Below, in pieces: positions 24,006 through 33,930 of a stretch of 64,000 bases of DNA. Below the pieces are notes generated by a model. That model saw nothing but the letters and a program-made list of their open reading frames with translations. It searched no databases and was not told where the DNA came from. How positions within the stretch are numbered: the stretch's first letter is position 1; every line of letters begins with the position of its first letter. The stretch comes from Clostridia bacterium (lineage in GTDB: Bacteria > Bacillota > Clostridia > Oscillospirales > CAG-272): assembly GCA_017545225.1 (NCBI GenBank), contig JAFWPR010000004.1, forward strand, positions 6,115 through 70,114, given 5' to 3'. Both the position numbers and the translations under genes were made by a program.

Positions 24006-24650
24006 TTACAGCCCGTAGAAGGTGCCGCACAGGCCGTCAATATCCGCCTTATCCAGAACGGCGAACGTGACGCACGCCATGTAACTGCCTTTTTTGATGC
24101 AGACGATACGCTCGAATACGGTCACTCCGTTGTAAGTCGCCGTCATGGCGATGGCCGTATGCTGAGCGCCGGCGAAAGTCACCGTCGAGATCGCCGTGTC
24201 GGTGACGTCGAATCCGGCGGACGCCATCATCTGGGGCGTCTGTTCCATACTCAATCTGGCGAAATCCTCTTCACTGTAGATCAGATTGAACGCTGATCCC
24301 ATATTGGTTATATTGACGTTGAACGAATTTCCGTTTCCGTCAGAGGCGACCATATCGTAGACGATATCCGTTTTTTCCACCATTTTCTTGTAATCGTCGC
24401 CCAGAACCTTTTGGGCGTTGCCGTTGAGTTCGGCGATCTGCTCGTCGGTGCTGAAAGTCCAGCCGTCTTTCAGGGTACATCCGATGCCGAGAAACCGGTT
24501 CGTATACGTTTTGCCCGAGGCGGAGCCCGGTTCGAGCTGCGCTTCCTCTTCATCGTTCCCGATCGTGCCGCGCACGTCCTTCGCGCAGGCGCACAGGCCG
24601 AAGACTGTGACGACGGCAAGCAGGAGAGCCAGAATTTTAGTCGTTTTCAT
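24006..24650 (-). CDS. lipoprotein of unknown function
   Basis: MKTTKILALLLAVVTVFGLCACAKD (signal peptide plus lipobox). 214 aa. Confidence 0.6.
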   Translation of the reverse strand: MKTTKILALLLAVVTVFGLCACAKDVRGTIGNDEEEAQLEPGSASGKTYTNRFLGIGCTLKDGWTFSTDEQIAELNGNAQKVLGDDYKKMVEKTDIVYDMVASDGNGNSFNVNITNMGSAFNLIYSEEDFARLSMEQTPQMMASAGFDVTDTAISTVTFAGAQHTAIAMTATYNGVTVFERIVCIKKGSYMACVTFAVLDKADIDGLCGTFYGL

Positions 24651-24686
24651 GTTTTTTCTCCCTGTCGTATTTATTGTTTCTTCAAA

Positions 24687-26180
24687 TCACTGTGCGTCGT
24701 AGACGTTCTCGACGAAGCGTTTAAGCATCGCGGCGACCTGCGCGCGCGTTGCGGACGCGCCGGGTTCGAGTTTCGCGTGCGCTCCGGAGCCCGAGCCGAA
24801 GATTATCCCTTCGGCTACGGCCCACGAGAAGGCGTCGGTCGACCAGTACGACAGCGACAGCACGTCGGAGAACGACGAAAGGTCCGCTCTGTTGTAGTAG
24901 TCGTAACCCTTGCCCTCGGTGAATCTCTGCAGGAAAGTGACCGCTTCCTCGCGCGTCACTTCGACGTACGGGTCGAAGTGAGTATCGTCGACTCCGTTCG
25001 TAACGCCTGCCGACGCTGCCCACGTCACGGCCGGTTCGTACCAGCTTCCCGGCTCGACGTCGGCGAATCTGCCGTATCCGCCGTCGGCCTCGGGCGATCC
25101 CTCGAGCCGCCAGATGACCGTGACGAGCATCGCTCGCGTCATCGACGCATCCGGCTCGAAAGTCGTCGCGGAAGTGCCGAGGAAGAGCCCGCGCGACAGC
25201 ACGTAGTCGATCCCGTCGTGCGCCCAGTCGCCCGCGGGCGGCATATCGGTGAATTTCGCGCCGGGACAGTACGGACCGAATCCGCACAGCACGGACCCGT
25301 CCGTGATCCGCGGATATTTGCCTGAAGTCGTTCCGTCTCCGACCGTGAATTCGTGTTCTTCCACGATATACGCTCCGTCGGAGTTGGAAGCGGATATTCT
25401 GTAAACGTAAACGCCCGGCGCCAGAGATCCGAAAACGACGTAGCGGTCGATTTTTGTGATATCGTAAACGTACTCCGACGGATACGCCGTAGATCCCGTC
25501 AGCATCTTGCCGTTCGCGTCGTAGACCCCTGCGGAGAGTTCGGTGAGCGGGGAAGTGAACGATACGACCGCGCCCTTGAGGGTGTACGAGTCGCCCGTCT
25601 TGACGGTCACGGGGTAATTGCAGTAGACCCCGTAGATACCGCGTTTTTCGGACGGCGCGCACGTGCCGTACGACGGCCAGAACGTGTTTACCGCGTAATA
25701 AACGCGAAGCCCGTACGAAAATGAGGCGCACCGCTCGAACAGTTCGGCGAAAAGGACGGTCGCGTCGACGCACCCCTCGAACGTGTCGGGTATCGCGCGC
25801 ATGGCGGCGAGCGTCTCGCACTCCGACCCCTCGAGCTCGTGTCTGAGATAATTCATCTGCCCGTTGACCGTCGTGTAATCGAGCTTGTTTTCCCCGCACC
25901 ACTTTTTGAGCCGCTCGTATCTCGGCCCGTTCCACATGAAGAGGCCGTACGAGTACAGACCGTTGGTATCCCAGTCGCCTGCGTTCGGATTGAACGAGCA
26001 TTCGCACATGATATTAGCCATGATCCCAGCCGCGGCGGCGGAGGTCAGACCCAGTTCATCCGTCAGAAACGAAAACACCTCTTCCTCGACCGTCGCCGCC
26101 GACACGGGAGTTGACATGACGACAGCCGCAGTAAAGACTGCGGCAAGAAGAAGAGATATCAGTTTGATCTTAAGTTTCAA
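24687..26180 (-). CDS. SLH-domain surface protein with an N-terminal phage-tail-lysozyme-like (peptidoglycan hydrolase) domain
   Basis: A probable TTG start at 26180 gives MKLKIKLISLLLAAVFTAAVVMSTPVSAA (signal peptide). The lysozyme-like region reads GIMANIMCECSFNPNA...GLFMWNGPR. Three C-terminal SLH repeats are present (FTDMP..., FADVEPGSWY..., FSDVLSLSYW...). The track ORF extends to 26549 but overlaps tadA. Confidence 0.65.
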   Translation of the reverse strand: MKLKIKLISLLLAAVFTAAVVMSTPVSAATVEEEVFSFLTDELGLTSAAAAGIMANIMCECSFNPNAGDWDTNGLYSYGLFMWNGPRYERLKKWCGENKLDYTTVNGQMNYLRHELEGSECETLAAMRAIPDTFEGCVDATVLFAELFERCASFSYGLRVYYAVNTFWPSYGTCAPSEKRGIYGVYCNYPVTVKTGDSYTLKGAVVSFTSPLTELSAGVYDANGKMLTGSTAYPSEYVYDITKIDRYVVFGSLAPGVYVYRISASNSDGAYIVEEHEFTVGDGTTSGKYPRITDGSVLCGFGPYCPGAKFTDMPPAGDWAHDGIDYVLSRGLFLGTSATTFEPDASMTRAMLVTVIWRLEGSPEADGGYGRFADVEPGSWYEPAVTWAASAGVTNGVDDTHFDPYVEVTREEAVTFLQRFTEGKGYDYYNRADLSSFSDVLSLSYWSTDAFSWAVAEGIIFGSGSGAHAKLEPGASATRAQVAAMLKRFVENVYDAQ

Positions 26181-26275
26181 GAGACGACCTTCTTTCGGGG
26201 ATCCCGCGAGGGGGGTGCGTCCTATAATTCTACCATATTCCCGCCTGTTTGTCCACCGTACGGGCAAAGATGGAA

Positions 26276-26797
26276 TTATTTGCCGTTTTCCCTTTTTCCC
26301 GCGAAGAACTTTTTCAGCAGGGCGGCGGACTCGTCGGCGAGCACGCCCTCTTTGATCTTCGTTCTGTGACCGACGGGGAGCGAACCGAGGTCCGAGACGC
26401 TGCCGAACGCCCCGTATTTCGGGTCTCTCGCTCCGAAGACCGTCCGCGGGACTCTGGCGTTCAGGATCGCGCCTGCGCACATGGGACACGGCTCGAGAGT
26501 GACGTATATATCGCACCCGATCAGGCGCCAGCCGTGAAGAGCTCCGCACGCGCGGTGAACGGCGGCGGTCTCCGCGTGGTAAAGCGCGTCTTTTTTGTTC
26601 TCGCGCCCGTTGTAATCCGCTCCGACGATCACGCCGTCCCTTACGACGACGGCGCCGACGGGGACCTCGTCTTCTTCCGCCGCGGCGGAGGCGAGCTCGA
26701 GTGCGCAGCGCATGAAATATTCGTCGCGTTCATCCTCGCCCTCGGGCGGGGAGACGTATTTTTCCGTAATTTTTCTTATTATTTCTTCTCTTTCCAT
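26276..26797 (-). CDS. tadA: tRNA adenosine(34) deaminase
   Basis: CDA zinc motifs HAE (YHAETAAV) and PCPMCAGA. 173 aa. Confidence 0.9.
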   Translation of the reverse strand: MEREEIIRKITEKYVSPPEGEDERDEYFMRCALELASAAAEEDEVPVGAVVVRDGVIVGADYNGRENKKDALYHAETAAVHRACGALHGWRLIGCDIYVTLEPCPMCAGAILNARVPRTVFGARDPKYGAFGSVSDLGSLPVGHRTKIKEGVLADESAALLKKFFAGKRENGK

Positions 26798-27591
26798 CGG
26801 CTTTTTCCTCCGGTGAGCAACATTATTCCCGCCGTGACCGCGGCGATCCCGGCAATAGCCGAAAGCGGGACGATGGGTTCGGCCCCCGCCTTCGTCAATG
26901 CGAGCGAAACGTAAAGCGAAAGATTGTACAGGGCGTGCGCGGCGATCGCGCCGACCGGGATCACCGACCGCCTGCCTTCAGACGTTCCGTACGGAGCGAT
27001 CGCGGCGAGAATGACTCCTGCGATGAACGTGAAGACGAACCCTCCGTCCGGGTGAACTGCGGCGAACGCCGCGGCAGTCGCCGCTACGGCGGCGAGACGC
27101 AAAAGAAACGGATCGTCCCGCTCGCGCAGCGCGCCGAGAAGAACGCCTCTGAAAAACGTTTCCTCAAGGATCGGATAAACGGTACAGCCGAGTATCGCGC
27201 GGATAATGAATTCCCGCGTCGAATACGACGGGACTTCCGCGCTGCCGAGCCCCGTAAGGGATATCGTGATATTGACGGCGAGGAGCAGGAAGAGCGCGGC
27301 GGGGACGAGATAGACGGCGCCGGCGCGCAGCGGTTTGCGAACCTCTTCGGGAATAACGTTCTCAGCCTCGCGGCGCGGTCGGACGACGGCGAGAGCGAGA
27401 GCGCAGCCGGCTCCGAGCGACACCGCCCAGATCGCGGCGTTCACGCCCGCGGGCAGGTGAGACCCGTCCGTTACGAGAAGTGCGTATGCCGCCGCGCTGA
27501 GAAGACGCGACAGAGCGAAGACGGCGAAAAACGCCGCAGCGGCGGCGATCGCGTTCACGATCCTTCTCTTTTTTTCGTCTTTGTTTCCCAT
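26779..27591 (-). CDS. CPBP family intramembrane glutamic endopeptidase (CAAX protease-like)
   Basis: Polytopic membrane protein with the EETFFRG motif and a downstream FAAVH motif. Confidence 0.75.
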   Translation of the reverse strand: MGNKDEKKRRIVNAIAAAAAFFAVFALSRLLSAAAYALLVTDGSHLPAGVNAAIWAVSLGAGCALALAVVRPRREAENVIPEEVRKPLRAGAVYLVPAALFLLLAVNITISLTGLGSAEVPSYSTREFIIRAILGCTVYPILEETFFRGVLLGALRERDDPFLLRLAAVAATAAAFAAVHPDGGFVFTFIAGVILAAIAPYGTSEGRRSVIPVGAIAAHALYNLSLYVSLALTKAGAEPIVPLSAIAGIAAVTAGIMLLTGGKSRWKEKK

Positions 27592-27743
27592 CTTCGCTCG
27601 CCCTCTGAAACCCTTATTTTCAAAAATCTATTTATTTTAAGAGTATTTTGTATTATAATATACCATTGGAGAATGATGTTTTCATCTTCCCCGAAGACCA
27701 TTATACATAAAAAACTTCCGTTTTTCAACCAAAAAAAGAAGGG

Positions 27744-28220
27744 ATGGAAATCGAAATGGACGAAAAAAGAAGGATCGACATTGAGATCGCGGGTCTCAAA
27801 ATGTCGCTCGTCACCGACGAGACCGAGTCGTTCGTCGAGAGCGTCGTGAGACGAGTCAACGACACCATGAATTCTCTTTTGCAGTCGAGCAAAAACAGGA
27901 CGCGCCTGGACGCGGCTCTGCTCTGCGCGCTCGACTTCTGCTCCGACAAACTGACCGCCGAAAAGAGAGTCAGGAACCTCGAGGCGCAGATCTCCCTTTA
28001 CGACGTCAATCTCAGAAAAGCCAGAGCCGAGAACGCCGAACTCAAGGCTGCGCTCGAAGGAGCGAAGGGCGGAAAGAAGAAGGCGGAGGATCAGATAAAG
28101 ATCGAAGAGACCGCCGCTCCCGCCGAGGAGCCGAAAAAAGAAGAGAAGACCGAGAGCAGAGAGGACAAACTCAAGATGATCGAGTCCATGCTCAAGGGAC
28201 GCGGCGAGAAGAAAGACTGA
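27744..28220 (+). CDS. zapA: cell division protein ZapA
   Basis: N-terminal ZapA domain (IDIEIAGLKMSLVTDETESFVESVVRRVNDTMNSL) followed by a coiled-coil tail. Confidence 0.75.
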   Translation: MEIEMDEKRRIDIEIAGLKMSLVTDETESFVESVVRRVNDTMNSLLQSSKNRTRLDAALLCALDFCSDKLTAEKRVRNLEAQISLYDVNLRKARAENAELKAALEGAKGGKKKAEDQIKIEETAAPAEEPKKEEKTESREDKLKMIESMLKGRGEKKD

Positions 28221-28230
28221 GCTATACCCT

Positions 28231-30324
28231 TTGAATATCACCGACAAGAGAAGGGGGCGCGCGACCCTTCCCGAGCTGCTCGCTCCCGCGGGCTCGCCCG
28301 AGGCGCTCGCCGCAGCCGTTGAGGCGGGAGCGGACGCCGTTTATCTCGGACTGTCCGTCTTTTCAAACAGAATGAGGGCGCGCAACTTCTCGCCCCGGGA
28401 ACTCTCGGACGCTGTCACCCTTTGCAGGATCTACGGAGTGAAGCTTTACGTCACCCTCAACACCCGCGTTTTCGACCGCGAGAGGGAAGAACTCGAGGCG
28501 ATCTGCTCCCTTGACGGGATCAGACGGGCGGACGGTTTCATCGTCGCCGACCCGGGGGTCGCCGCGATGCTCCGCGAGCGGGTTCCGGGCGTTCCGCTCC
28601 ACGCGAGCACGCAGATGACGTGCTCGACCGCGCGCGACGCGGAAGTGCTCAGCAGGATGGGCTTCACGCGCATGGTCGCTCCGAGGGAACTGACGGAAGA
28701 GCAGATAAAAAAACTCGTCCGCTCCTCACCGCTCGATATCGAGATCTTCATCCACGGAGCGCATTGCGTTTCGTTCTCAGGCCAGTGCCTGATGAGCTAC
28801 GCTATGGGAGGCAGATCCCCGAACAGAGGGGAGTGCGCCCAGCCGTGCAGGATGGTCTATACCGTCGAGGGAAGAAACGGCGCGATCGACGCCGACCCCT
28901 GCCGCCATCCGCTGAGCCTGAAGGATATGTCGCTCGCATCCCATATACCGGAGATAATCGGTTCCGGCGTCGCCTCGCTCAAGATCGAGGGAAGACAGAA
29001 GGGAGCCGACTACGTCAGGGGAGTCACGGCGACGTACAGACGCCTTCTCGACGAAAGGCGCGCCGCGACTGCGGAGGAGACGGAGTTTCTCGAAAATCTA
29101 TTCTCCCGTTCCGGCTTCACCGACGGGTACTTCACCGGGAACCGCAGGAAGATGACCGGGGTACGCCCCGAGGGAGAGGGAGACCGCACCGCGCCGCGAA
29201 AAGACGGAGCGGCGCCCGACAGAAAAGTCAGGATCACCGCGCGGGCGGTCATAAAACGCGGTTCGCCGACGGCGCTGACTCTCACCGACGGGGAGATAAC
29301 GGTCACCGTCGCGGGACCCTGCCCGGACGAAGCCGTCACGCTTCCGCTCGACGCGGACGGCGTGAGGTCGTGCCTGTGCAAAACCGGTTCGACTCCGTTT
29401 TTGCTCGAGCCCGACGATATCACGGTCGAACTCGACCCGTCGCTGTGGCTCACCAGAGCGCAGCTGAACGAGCTGAGACGGTCGGGCACGGACGCACTGA
29501 TCGCCGCTCACAAAGCGGCGGCTCCTTCCGCGAACGGACCGGAGTTTCCGAAGAAAGAGATAACGAGGCCCGCCTTCAAAAGGGTTGCCGTTATGCTCCG
29601 CGCGGAGCAGGCGACGGAGGAGGCGGCGCGGTATTTCGATATACTGTATCTGCCCGGGGAAGAACTGTTCGGGGCAAAAGACGAAAAGCGCATCCCGTCC
29701 GAAAAACTCGGGCTTTACCTTCCGCCCGTGTCGCTTTCGGACGAAGAAACGGAAAAGGCGCTCGGATCAGCGCGTGAGGCGGGGATCAAATACGTTTCCG
29801 CAAATACGCTGTCGCAGCTCGACGCGGCGAAATCGTCGGGATTCGACGTCACCGCGACGCAGAGGTTCAACGTCACGTCCTCCGCCGCGGCTGAGCAGAT
29901 CTGCTCCCTCGGCGCGGACAGAGTCACCGCGTCCGTCGAACTGTCGGCGGCGGCGCTCTCTCATCTGACCCGCCCCGTCGGGGCGGTCGTTTACGGCAGA
30001 TTTCCGCTCATGATGACCGAGAGGTGCATCCTCACGGACAGGTGCGGCGGGAAGATGTGCCTGATGAAAGAGACGGCTCCCGTTTTTCTTACCGACAGAA
30101 AGGGTGCGAAGATGCCCGCGGTCCCGATCCCCGGGTGCCGCACGCTGATATTCAACGCGAACCCGACGTGGTGCGCGGACAGACCGGATACGGTGAAAAA
30201 AGCGAACCTTACCCACACGGTATTCCTTTTCACGACGGAAACGCCGCAGCAGGTCGACCGCGTGATCGCCGCTTACGAGAACGGCGAGGCGCCGGCCGAT
30301 CCCGGCGCGATAAGAAGATTTTGA
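28231..30324 (+). CDS. U32 family peptidase
   Basis: 697 aa with a TTG start. N-terminal PELLAPAGSPEALAAAVEAGADAVYLG and conserved PRELT and EIFIHGAHC motifs of peptidase U32. Confidence 0.8.
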   Translation: MNITDKRRGRATLPELLAPAGSPEALAAAVEAGADAVYLGLSVFSNRMRARNFSPRELSDAVTLCRIYGVKLYVTLNTRVFDREREELEAICSLDGIRRADGFIVADPGVAAMLRERVPGVPLHASTQMTCSTARDAEVLSRMGFTRMVAPRELTEEQIKKLVRSSPLDIEIFIHGAHCVSFSGQCLMSYAMGGRSPNRGECAQPCRMVYTVEGRNGAIDADPCRHPLSLKDMSLASHIPEIIGSGVASLKIEGRQKGADYVRGVTATYRRLLDERRAATAEETEFLENLFSRSGFTDGYFTGNRRKMTGVRPEGEGDRTAPRKDGAAPDRKVRITARAVIKRGSPTALTLTDGEITVTVAGPCPDEAVTLPLDADGVRSCLCKTGSTPFLLEPDDITVELDPSLWLTRAQLNELRRSGTDALIAAHKAAAPSANGPEFPKKEITRPAFKRVAVMLRAEQATEEAARYFDILYLPGEELFGAKDEKRIPSEKLGLYLPPVSLSDEETEKALGSAREAGIKYVSANTLSQLDAAKSSGFDVTATQRFNVTSSAAAEQICSLGADRVTASVELSAAALSHLTRPVGAVVYGRFPLMMTERCILTDRCGGKMCLMKETAPVFLTDRKGAKMPAVPIPGCRTLIFNANPTWCADRPDTVKKANLTHTVFLFTTETPQQVDRVIAAYENGEAPADPGAIRRF

Positions 30325-30338
30325 ATTCGGAGAGACCA

Positions 30339-30785
30339 ATGGCTGACAAACTGAAAATAAAGATTTTGAGAGACGGAGCGAGCGTTCCGGCATACGCGAC
30401 GGAAGGCTCGGCGGGACTCGATCTCGCCTGCGCCTCGGCGGAACCCGTCACCGTGCCCGCTCACGGGATCGCGAAGATCCCGACCGGGATCGCCGCGGAG
30501 TGCGAAAGGCGCGACGCCGCGCTTCTGATCTTCGCGCGGTCCGGTCTCGCGACAAAGCACGGCATATCTCTGGCGAACGGAGTCGGCGTCGTCGATCCCG
30601 ATTACCGCGGAGAGCTGATCGTTTCGGTCCTGAACAACTCTGCGGAGGACTACACGATCCCGCCGGGCGAGAGGATCGCCCAGCTCGTCGTCGTCCCGTT
30701 CGTCCGCGCGGAGGTCGCCGTCGTCGACGAACTTTCCGACACCGAAAGGGGTGCGGGCGGATTCGGCTCGACGGGGAAGGTCTGA
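30339..30785 (+). CDS. dut: dUTP diphosphatase
   Basis: 148 aa from the ATG at 30339 with motifs GSAGLDL, ARSGLA, GVVDPDYRGE and ERGAGGFGSTG. Confidence 0.9.
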   Translation: MADKLKIKILRDGASVPAYATEGSAGLDLACASAEPVTVPAHGIAKIPTGIAAECERRDAALLIFARSGLATKHGISLANGVGVVDPDYRGELIVSVLNNSAEDYTIPPGERIAQLVVVPFVRAEVAVVDELSDTERGAGGFGSTGKV

Positions 30786-30786
30786 T

Positions 30787-31395
30787 ATGGAAAAGATCAT
30801 TCTCGCGTCCGCGTCGCCGCGCCGCCGCGAACTGCTCGAGGCGGCGGGAATCCCTCACACGGTCTTCAGAATGGATATCGACGAGACGCCCGACGTATCG
30901 CGTTATTCGGGCGAGTCCGGGTTTCCGTTCCCCGAGTGGTACACGCGCGAGTGCGCGCTCGTCAAACTGAGAGCGGCGGCGGACCTGATATATAAAGAGG
31001 GGAGCCGTCCGGTGATCGTGGCGGCGGACACCGTCGTGTCGCCTGACGGAGAACGCATTTTCGGCAAACCGGCGGACGCCGCGGACGCCGCGCGGATGCT
31101 GCGCGAACTGTCGGGCACCGATCACACCGTCGTCGGCGGGATATGCGCGACGGACGGGGAGCGGACGCTCGTTTCGTCCGTTACGACGCACGTCAGATTC
31201 AAGGAACTCACCGAGCGCGAGATCGCCTCGTACGTTGAGTCGGGCGAGCCGTTCGGCAAAGCGGGGGCGTACGCGATCCAGGGGAAAGCGTCGCTGTTCG
31301 TCGAGTCGGTTAGCGGCGACTACGCCAATATAGTGGGTATTTCCGTGTTCGAACTGCGGCGTATGCTCGCGGGACTCGGCCACGATCCGATATAA
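30787..31395 (+). CDS. maf: Maf-like nucleoside triphosphate pyrophosphatase (septum formation protein)
   Basis: MEKIILASASPRRRELL plus GKAGAYAIQG. Confidence 0.85.
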   Translation: MEKIILASASPRRRELLEAAGIPHTVFRMDIDETPDVSRYSGESGFPFPEWYTRECALVKLRAAADLIYKEGSRPVIVAADTVVSPDGERIFGKPADAADAARMLRELSGTDHTVVGGICATDGERTLVSSVTTHVRFKELTEREIASYVESGEPFGKAGAYAIQGKASLFVESVSGDYANIVGISVFELRRMLAGLGHDPI

Positions 31396-31417
31396 TTCAG
31401 GGAAAGGTTTTTACGGT

Positions 31418-32422
31418 ATGAAGAGTATAGGAATAGATCTCGGCACAGCCAATACGATCGTATATCTGAAGGGGCGCGGTATCGTTCTGCGCGAACCCTC
31501 CGTCGTTGCGATCGACCAGAGAGGACGCCACGTCGTCGCCGTCGGGAGCGAAGCCAAGCTGATGCTCGGAAAAACGCCCGGATCGATCAGCGCGCTCCGC
31601 CCGCTCAAGAACGGGGTCATCGCGGAATTCGACGCGACCGCGGCGATGCACCGCCATTTTTTCAAGAAGGTCTCCGGGAACACGCTCATGAGCCGCCCGA
31701 AGGTCATTATCTGCATCCCTTACGGGGTCACGGAAGTTGAGAAAAGAGCCGTCGAGGACGTGACGCTCGAGGCGGGCGCTCAGTCCGTCGCTCTGATCGA
31801 GGAACCGGTCGCCGCGGCTATCGGGAGCGGTCTGCGCGTCGAGGACGCGAGGGGCTCGATGATCGTCGACATCGGAGGCGGTACGACCGAAGTCGCCGTT
31901 CTCTCTCTCGGCGGTATCGTTCTGTCGACGTCGCTCCGCACGGCGGGCGACGAACTCGACGAAGCGATCTCGTCGTATATCAAAAGAAAGTACAACGTGC
32001 TCATAGGCGACGTGACCGCCGAGGCGCTCAAAAAGAGGATCGGATCGGTCCATCCGTCGTTCGACAAGGGTACGATGGAGGTCAGGGGCAGAAACCTCAT
32101 GAACGGTCTGCCCGCGATCATCAACGTGACGTCGGCGGAGATCAGAGAGTCGATGGCCGACGAAATAAGAAGCATAATCGAGAGTATCAGGGTGACGCTC
32201 GAAAACACTCCGCCCGAACTCTCCTCCGATATTTACGATTCCGGTATCGTTCTGTCCGGCGGCGGCGCGCTGCTTCCGGGCCTCGACCTGCTCGTCAGCA
32301 GGATCACCGGGATACGCACGGTCGTGGCGAAGAACCCGCTCGACTGCGTTGCGATCGGTATCGGCCGCGTGATCGAGAGCGTCGGAGAACTCTCCGGCGT
32401 CGTCAACTTCCGCGGCAGGTAA
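31418..32422 (+). CDS. mreB: rod shape-determining protein MreB
   Basis: Actin-fold motifs IGIDLGTANT, DIGGGTTEVAV and GIVLSGGGALL. 334 aa. Confidence 0.95.
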   Translation: MKSIGIDLGTANTIVYLKGRGIVLREPSVVAIDQRGRHVVAVGSEAKLMLGKTPGSISALRPLKNGVIAEFDATAAMHRHFFKKVSGNTLMSRPKVIICIPYGVTEVEKRAVEDVTLEAGAQSVALIEEPVAAAIGSGLRVEDARGSMIVDIGGGTTEVAVLSLGGIVLSTSLRTAGDELDEAISSYIKRKYNVLIGDVTAEALKKRIGSVHPSFDKGTMEVRGRNLMNGLPAIINVTSAEIRESMADEIRSIIESIRVTLENTPPELSSDIYDSGIVLSGGGALLPGLDLLVSRITGIRTVVAKNPLDCVAIGIGRVIESVGELSGVVNFRGR

Positions 32423-32449
32423 TTTGAGTTCTTATAATTCCGAAAGGAG

Positions 32450-33307
32450 GTGACGCCGCCGATGAGCGGATTCTTCAAATCAAAGTTCTTCTATATCGTC
32501 GCGGTGCTCACGCTCATCGCGGTGATCGTTCCGACCGTTCTGTGCTCGATGGGGCTCACCCCCGTCCTTCGCTCCGCGGTGAATACCGTTCTTATGCCCG
32601 TTCAGAAGCTCTCCGACAAAGCGGCGGGCGCGATCGAGGGCTTTACCTCGTATTTCACTGCGTTCGACCGTCTGAAAGAGGAGAACGTGCGGCTCAAGAA
32701 GGAAATAGCGTCTCTCCGCGAAGAGGTCGCGGGAGCGCGTGAGATAAAGGAAAAATACGACTGGATGTCCGATTTCCTCGAACTCAAGATGCTCCATCAC
32801 GACTATAAGCTTGTTCCTGCGGTCATTTCGGGGCGCGGCAGCGCGAATTACTCGAACGTGTTTATGCTCGACGCCGGAAAACTCAGCGGAATACAGCGCG
32901 GTATGCCCGTCGTCAGCGGCGACGGGATACTCGGATATATCGCCGAGGTAGGGCCGACGTGGTCGAAGGCCGTTTCCGTGATGGAGGCGTCGTCTTCCGT
33001 CGGCGCGTACGTCGAACGCTCCGGCGCGATCGGAGTCGTCGAGGCGGAATACGATCTTTCCCTCGAGGGGATCCTCAAAATGTCTTATCTCGACGAGGAC
33101 GCCGATATCAAGGTCGGCGACCGTATCCTCACGAGCGGATACGGAAGCGTCTACCCTCGCTCTCTCGTCATCGGATACGTCGAGACCGTCAAAACGGACG
33201 ATCTGACCAGGAGCATCACGGCGACGGTACGCCCCGCTTCGACGCTCGATCAGGTTTCCAAGGTCATGGTGGTAACGAAATATGAAGTATACGCGGAAGA
33301 GCCGTAA
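32450..33307 (+). CDS. mreC: rod shape-determining protein MreC
   Basis: N-terminal TM helix, a coiled coil (LKEENVRLKKEIASLREE) and a beta-rich C-terminus (GMPVVSGDGILGYI). Sits between mreB and mreD. Confidence 0.85.
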   Translation: MTPPMSGFFKSKFFYIVAVLTLIAVIVPTVLCSMGLTPVLRSAVNTVLMPVQKLSDKAAGAIEGFTSYFTAFDRLKEENVRLKKEIASLREEVAGAREIKEKYDWMSDFLELKMLHHDYKLVPAVISGRGSANYSNVFMLDAGKLSGIQRGMPVVSGDGILGYIAEVGPTWSKAVSVMEASSSVGAYVERSGAIGVVEAEYDLSLEGILKMSYLDEDADIKVGDRILTSGYGSVYPRSLVIGYVETVKTDDLTRSITATVRPASTLDQVSKVMVVTKYEVYAEEP

Positions 33308-33929
33308 CGCGATCGGCTCCGAGAACGATACTACTTTCGTGTCGCGCCTTCTCGGAAAGTTCAACTCGTGGCGGCTGTCATTTTCGATCGACGGACAGGC
33401 GATCGCCAAAGGCGTTATCATAGCAGTCTTCATCGTCTTATTTTCGATAACGCAGACGACGCTTTTGTCGCGTTTGCGTCCGTTCGGCGCCGTTCCCGAT
33501 CTTCTCCTTCCTCTCGTCGTGGCCGTCGCCATGTCGGAAAAGGAAAAGTGGGGCGCGGTCGTAGGCCTTATCAGCGCGTTCGTGATCGACGCGCTCGGCG
33601 GCGTGACCGTCATGCTTCTGCCGCTTTTGTACGTTCCCGTCGGGATCTTCTGCGGTCTGCTGACTACGTACAGATTTCGCGATTCGATCCCCGTCGCGGC
33701 GCTCTTTACCGCCGTGACGTGCGTTCTGCGCTTTTTCGTATCGTTTCTTCTCGCGCTTTTCACGGTCCACGGAGCGACTCCGCTTCAGGCGCTCCTCGAC
33801 TTCGCCCTTCCGGGCCTGTACGCAAATCTGATCTTTGCCGTTTTCCCGCACCTTTTCGTGCGCCTTGCGATGCGTCCGTTCCACAAGACGAGAGCGGAGC
33901 GCACCGAGGAAAACGATCGGGTATTCTGA
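33282..33929 (+). CDS. mreD: rod shape-determining protein MreD
   Basis: Polytopic membrane protein downstream of mreC (PDLLLPLVVAVA...). The exact start is uncertain. Confidence 0.65.
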   Translation: MKYTRKSRNAIGSENDTTFVSRLLGKFNSWRLSFSIDGQAIAKGVIIAVFIVLFSITQTTLLSRLRPFGAVPDLLLPLVVAVAMSEKEKWGAVVGLISAFVIDALGGVTVMLLPLLYVPVGIFCGLLTTYRFRDSIPVAALFTAVTCVLRFFVSFLLALFTVHGATPLQALLDFALPGLYANLIFAVFPHLFVRLAMRPFHKTRAERTEENDRVF

Positions 33930-33930
33930 T

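Noticed and set aside
26181-26549. N-terminal 122-aa extension of track ORF 24687..26549
   Set aside because: The extension is Arg-rich, overlaps the 3' part of tadA in another frame and precedes an obvious signal peptide. A TTG at 26180 with an upstream purine-rich site gives a normal secreted protein.
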